Positions 14,260-16,725 of a stretch of 16,725 nucleotides of DNA are shown piece by piece; the stretch's first letter is position 1, and the number at the start of each line of letters is the position of its first letter. The DNA lies in assembly GCA_045863855.1 (NCBI GenBank), contig BTVV01000134.1, forward strand, positions 1-16,725. Direction: 5' to 3'. The stretch comes from Planctomycetota bacterium. Lineage in GTDB: Bacteria; Planctomycetota; SZUA-567; H5-PLA8. Under the pieces are notes generated by a model. The model had not been told where the DNA came from and made no database searches. It saw nothing but the letters and a program-made list of their open reading frames with translations. The position numbers and the translations under genes were made by a program.

Positions 14260-14838
14260 ATGCGCCAATCGAAAGCCTTGCTACCTTTCCTGATCTTGTG
14301 CCTAGCCAGTTCGGGAGTTTTCGCGGCCGGGGTGGGAAAAGGCCGCACGCAAAGCATCTTTCGCGCCGACTTTGTCACCTTGGCTAAGAATCGCATCCTG
14401 CTCAAGCTCGATGTCTCCCAGGCCATGGCCGGCGTGCCCACCAACACGACAGGGACACGGAACGACGACGTCGGCGGTTTGAACGTATCGGTTACGTTGA
14501 ACGGAACCGAGTTCACGGAAACGTTTGCGTCCAATGGGCGTGTGAATACGGCCACGTTCAAGGCGCGTCTGGTCGCGAACGGGCAGATCCTGTTGATCGA
14601 CCTGCGCGGACTCGATCTCCCCACGATTTTGGGTCTGGATTCGACCGTCGCCGGTAAAAATCTGAACGTCTCGCTGGACGTCCTGGTTTCCGTTTCGTCA
14701 CCCGAAGATCCGGATACCGGCGAAGTACCCAGCGACGGCGTTCAGGCCGACCTTTTCGACGGCGGCTACGATTACAAGTATTCGCAAAAGGCCGATCGCT
14801 TCGCGCAAGGGCGCGGCTTCCCCAGCAACAAACCGTAA
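14260..14838 (+). CDS. Hypothetical secreted beta-rich protein
   Basis: Strong AGGAGG RBS, Sec-type signal peptide 'MRQSKALLPFLILCLASSGVFA', and a mature part rich in alternating hydrophobic/polar strands. No family recognised. Confidence 0.8.
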   Translation: MRQSKALLPFLILCLASSGVFAAGVGKGRTQSIFRADFVTLAKNRILLKLDVSQAMAGVPTNTTGTRNDDVGGLNVSVTLNGTEFTETFASNGRVNTATFKARLVANGQILLIDLRGLDLPTILGLDSTVAGKNLNVSLDVLVSVSSPEDPDTGEVPSDGVQADLFDGGYDYKYSQKADRFAQGRGFPSNKP

Positions 14839-14863
14839 TCGCGCGTCTTCGACCCGCATTCTT

Positions 14864-14900
14864 CAACGCACCCGGCCCACTCGGCCGGGTGCGTTGTTTC
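14864..14900 (+). terminator. Probable intrinsic terminator after the secreted-protein gene
   Basis: Perfect 14-bp stem CAACGCACCCGGCC-cactc-GGCCGGGTGCGTTG running into TTGTTTC, 25 nt after the stop codon. The U-tract is weak. Confidence 0.65.
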
Positions 14901-14929
14901 CGGACGCCTGAGCGGCTACAATGCCGCTC

Positions 14930-16222
14930 ATGAGTAACGCCGCTGCCACCCTGCCCGATCTCGCCGCGCGCATGCGCGCGCTGGCCATCGAAGCCCGCGC
15001 CGCCGCCCGAGCGCTGGCCACCGCCCCCACCGCGCAGAAGAACGAGGCACTGGCACGCGCCGCCGAATTGCTCTCGTCACAGCGCGCCGAACTCGAAGCC
15101 GCCAACGCGCAGGATCTGTCCGCCGCGAAGTCGAGCGGGCTCTCCGGTCCCAAACTCGACCGGCTGCGCCTCGACGGCGGCGTGCTCCAGCGCCTGGCCG
15201 AAGGCCTGCGCCAGGTGATCGACCTGCCCGACCCGGTCGGCGCCGAGATTTCACGCTCGATCCGGCCCAACGGGTTGGTCCTGCGTCAGGTGCGTTGTCC
15301 GATCGGCACGATCCTGATTGTTTTCGAGTCTCGGCCCAATGTGACCGTCGAAGCCGGGAGCCTCTGTTTGAAGAGCGGCAACGCGACCATCCTGCGCGGT
15401 GGGCGGGAAGCGCAGCACTCCAACTCCGCGCTGGCCGGGATCCTTCGCGCAGGCCTGCGCGCCGCGGGACTGCCCGAAGCCGGCGTGTGCGTGCCCGACA
15501 CGACCGACCGCGCCGCCGTTGGCGAGTTGCTCAAGCTGGAAGGCTTGATCGACCTCGCCATTCCGCGCGGCGGCGAGAGCCTCATTCGCGCGGTCGCCGA
15601 ACAGGCCCGCATTCCTGTCATCAAGCACTACCAGGGCATCTGTCATGTCTATGTCGACCGCGCCGCCGATCCCGATCTGGCCCGCAAGCTGGTGGTTAAC
15701 AGCAAGCTCCAGCGTGTCAGTGTCTGCAACGCCGCCGAAACGCTCCTGATTCACGCCGAGGCCGCGCCCAGTCTGCTTCCGGCCATCGCGAAGGATTTGG
15801 TTGCGGGAGGCTGCGAACTGCGCGGCGCTCCGCAAGCGCTGGCGATTCTCGAAGCCGCCGGTATTCCCTGCGCCGCTGCCGAAGAAGCGACCTTCCGCAC
15901 CGAATGGCTCGACAAGGTGCTGTCCGTGAAGGTAGTCGAAAGCCTCGATGCAGCGATAGAACACATCGAGCGCTTCGGCTCCCGGCACACGGAGACGATC
16001 GTAACGCGCGACGAGGCCGCCGCGCGCGCGTTCCAGTCGAGGGTCGATTCGGCCTCGGTTTTCTGGAACGCCTCCACGCGACTGGCGGACGGCTTCGAGT
16101 TCGGCCTAGGCGCCGAAATCGGGATCAGCACCGATAAGATCCACGCTCGCGGTCCGATGGGGCTGGATTCGCTCACGACTTACAAGTGGCTCGGCGACGG
16201 CGCGGGGCAGATAAGAACCTAA
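14930..16222 (+). CDS. proA: Gamma-glutamyl phosphate reductase (glutamate-5-semialdehyde dehydrogenase)
   Basis: Motifs 'FESRPNVT', 'CLKSGNATILRGGREA', 'IPRGGESLI', catalytic 'VCNAAETLL' and the signature 'NASTRLADGFEFGLGAEIGISTDKIHARGPMGL'. Start is 14921 or 14930. Confidence 0.97.
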   Translation: MSNAAATLPDLAARMRALAIEARAAARALATAPTAQKNEALARAAELLSSQRAELEAANAQDLSAAKSSGLSGPKLDRLRLDGGVLQRLAEGLRQVIDLPDPVGAEISRSIRPNGLVLRQVRCPIGTILIVFESRPNVTVEAGSLCLKSGNATILRGGREAQHSNSALAGILRAGLRAAGLPEAGVCVPDTTDRAAVGELLKLEGLIDLAIPRGGESLIRAVAEQARIPVIKHYQGICHVYVDRAADPDLARKLVVNSKLQRVSVCNAAETLLIHAEAAPSLLPAIAKDLVAGGCELRGAPQALAILEAAGIPCAAAEEATFRTEWLDKVLSVKVVESLDAAIEHIERFGSRHTETIVTRDEAAARAFQSRVDSASVFWNASTRLADGFEFGLGAEIGISTDKIHARGPMGLDSLTTYKWLGDGAGQIRT

Positions 16223-16323
16223 AAACTCCGAATCTTCCCGGACGCTGTTCCCCGGCTGCGTTAAAATGGGTTTCGTTTGCAATTCGGCAGGGAGACTGGA
16301 TCGGGAGGCGTAGAGTCGAGCGC

Positions 16324-16725
16324 ATGTCCGCCACGACAAAAGCCATTTTCGGCCGCCCCGTCACCGGGGTTTCCAACGGCGGCGCCCACATCAGCGTGGA
16401 CGTCATTACTCTGTACAAAGATAAGGTCGTGCTCTTCGAGCGGCCGGGGTTGAAGCCCGGTGGCCAGGACGACTTGGGCGACCTCTGGTTTCCTTGGGAC
16501 TACCTCAACTACGGCGAACAACCCGACGCCGCCGCTAAGCGCGTGCTCAAGCAGTGGGGCAAGGCCGAGGGCAAGACTCTGCGCCTCGTTGAAGTGTTCA
16601 GCATGGTCCCGCCCGGAGAAGACTGGCATTTGGCCTTCCAATACGTGGCCGACTTGAAAGCCGCGCCGAAAAACGGGCAGGACGTGAAGGAAGTGAAGCT
16701 GATCGAGCCCAATCAACTGCCACGC
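16324..16725 (+). CDS. Nudix-fold protein with a degenerate Nudix box (3' truncated by the window edge; absent from the ORF track)
   Basis: Hand translation, open for 134 codons: MSATTKAIFGRPVTGVSNGGAHISVDVITLYKDKVVLFERPGLKPGGQDDLGDLWFPWDYLNYGEQPDAAAKRVLKQWGKAEGKTLRLVEVFSMVPPGEDWHLAFQYVADL... It shows the Nudix pattern 'SVDVI...KVVLFER...WFP....GE.7.R'. Confidence 0.8.
   Translation, partial: MSATTKAIFGRPVTGVSNGGAHISVDVITLYKDKVVLFERPGLKPGGQDDLGDLWFPWDYLNYGEQPDAAAKRVLKQWGKAEGKTLRLVEVFSMVPPGEDWHLAFQYVADLKAAPKNGQDVKEVKLIEPNQLPR

Noticed and set aside
16261..16716. Minus-strand 151-aa ORF
   Set aside because: It is antisense to the Nudix-fold ORF on the plus strand, which has recognisable motifs.
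1..16725. CRISPR array, tRNA/rRNA, riboswitch, IS/integrase, or a known anti-phage operon around the NTase (CBASS, MNT-HEPN)
   Set aside because: I saw no spaced repeats, cloverleafs, transposase motifs or terminal repeats by eye, and no HEPN, Cap effector or similar partner lies next to the NTase-HD gene. An Infernal/DefenseFinder run would be needed to exclude these formally.

Overview
GC-rich bacterial chromosomal window with about 13 genes. The gene mix of sulfatase, heparinase-like lyase, BatA-vWA and NTase-HD proteins is reminiscent of Planctomycetota/PVC bacteria, but that is inference only. From left to right: a PhyH-family Fe(II)/2-oxoglutarate dioxygenase divergent from a cupin-AraC regulator; a VOC/glyoxalase; and a minus-strand run read from the right, consisting of a nucleotidyltransferase-HD fusion, a LacI regulator translationally coupled to a heparinase II/III-like lyase, a double-zinc-ribbon/TPR protein, a BatA-vWA membrane protein and a Cys-type sulfatase. 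The plus strand then carries a YesU/DUF1961 protein, a small secreted protein, proA, and a truncated degenerate Nudix gene that the ORF track missed. I saw no RNA genes, CRISPR arrays or mobile elements. The best leads are (1) the Pol-beta-type NTase + HD hydrolase fusion, a possible writer/eraser enzyme; (2) a LacI lacking the canonical hinge motif next to an AATT-centred palindrome; and (3) a probably catalytically dead Nudix protein. All family calls come from motif recognition by eye, not database searches.
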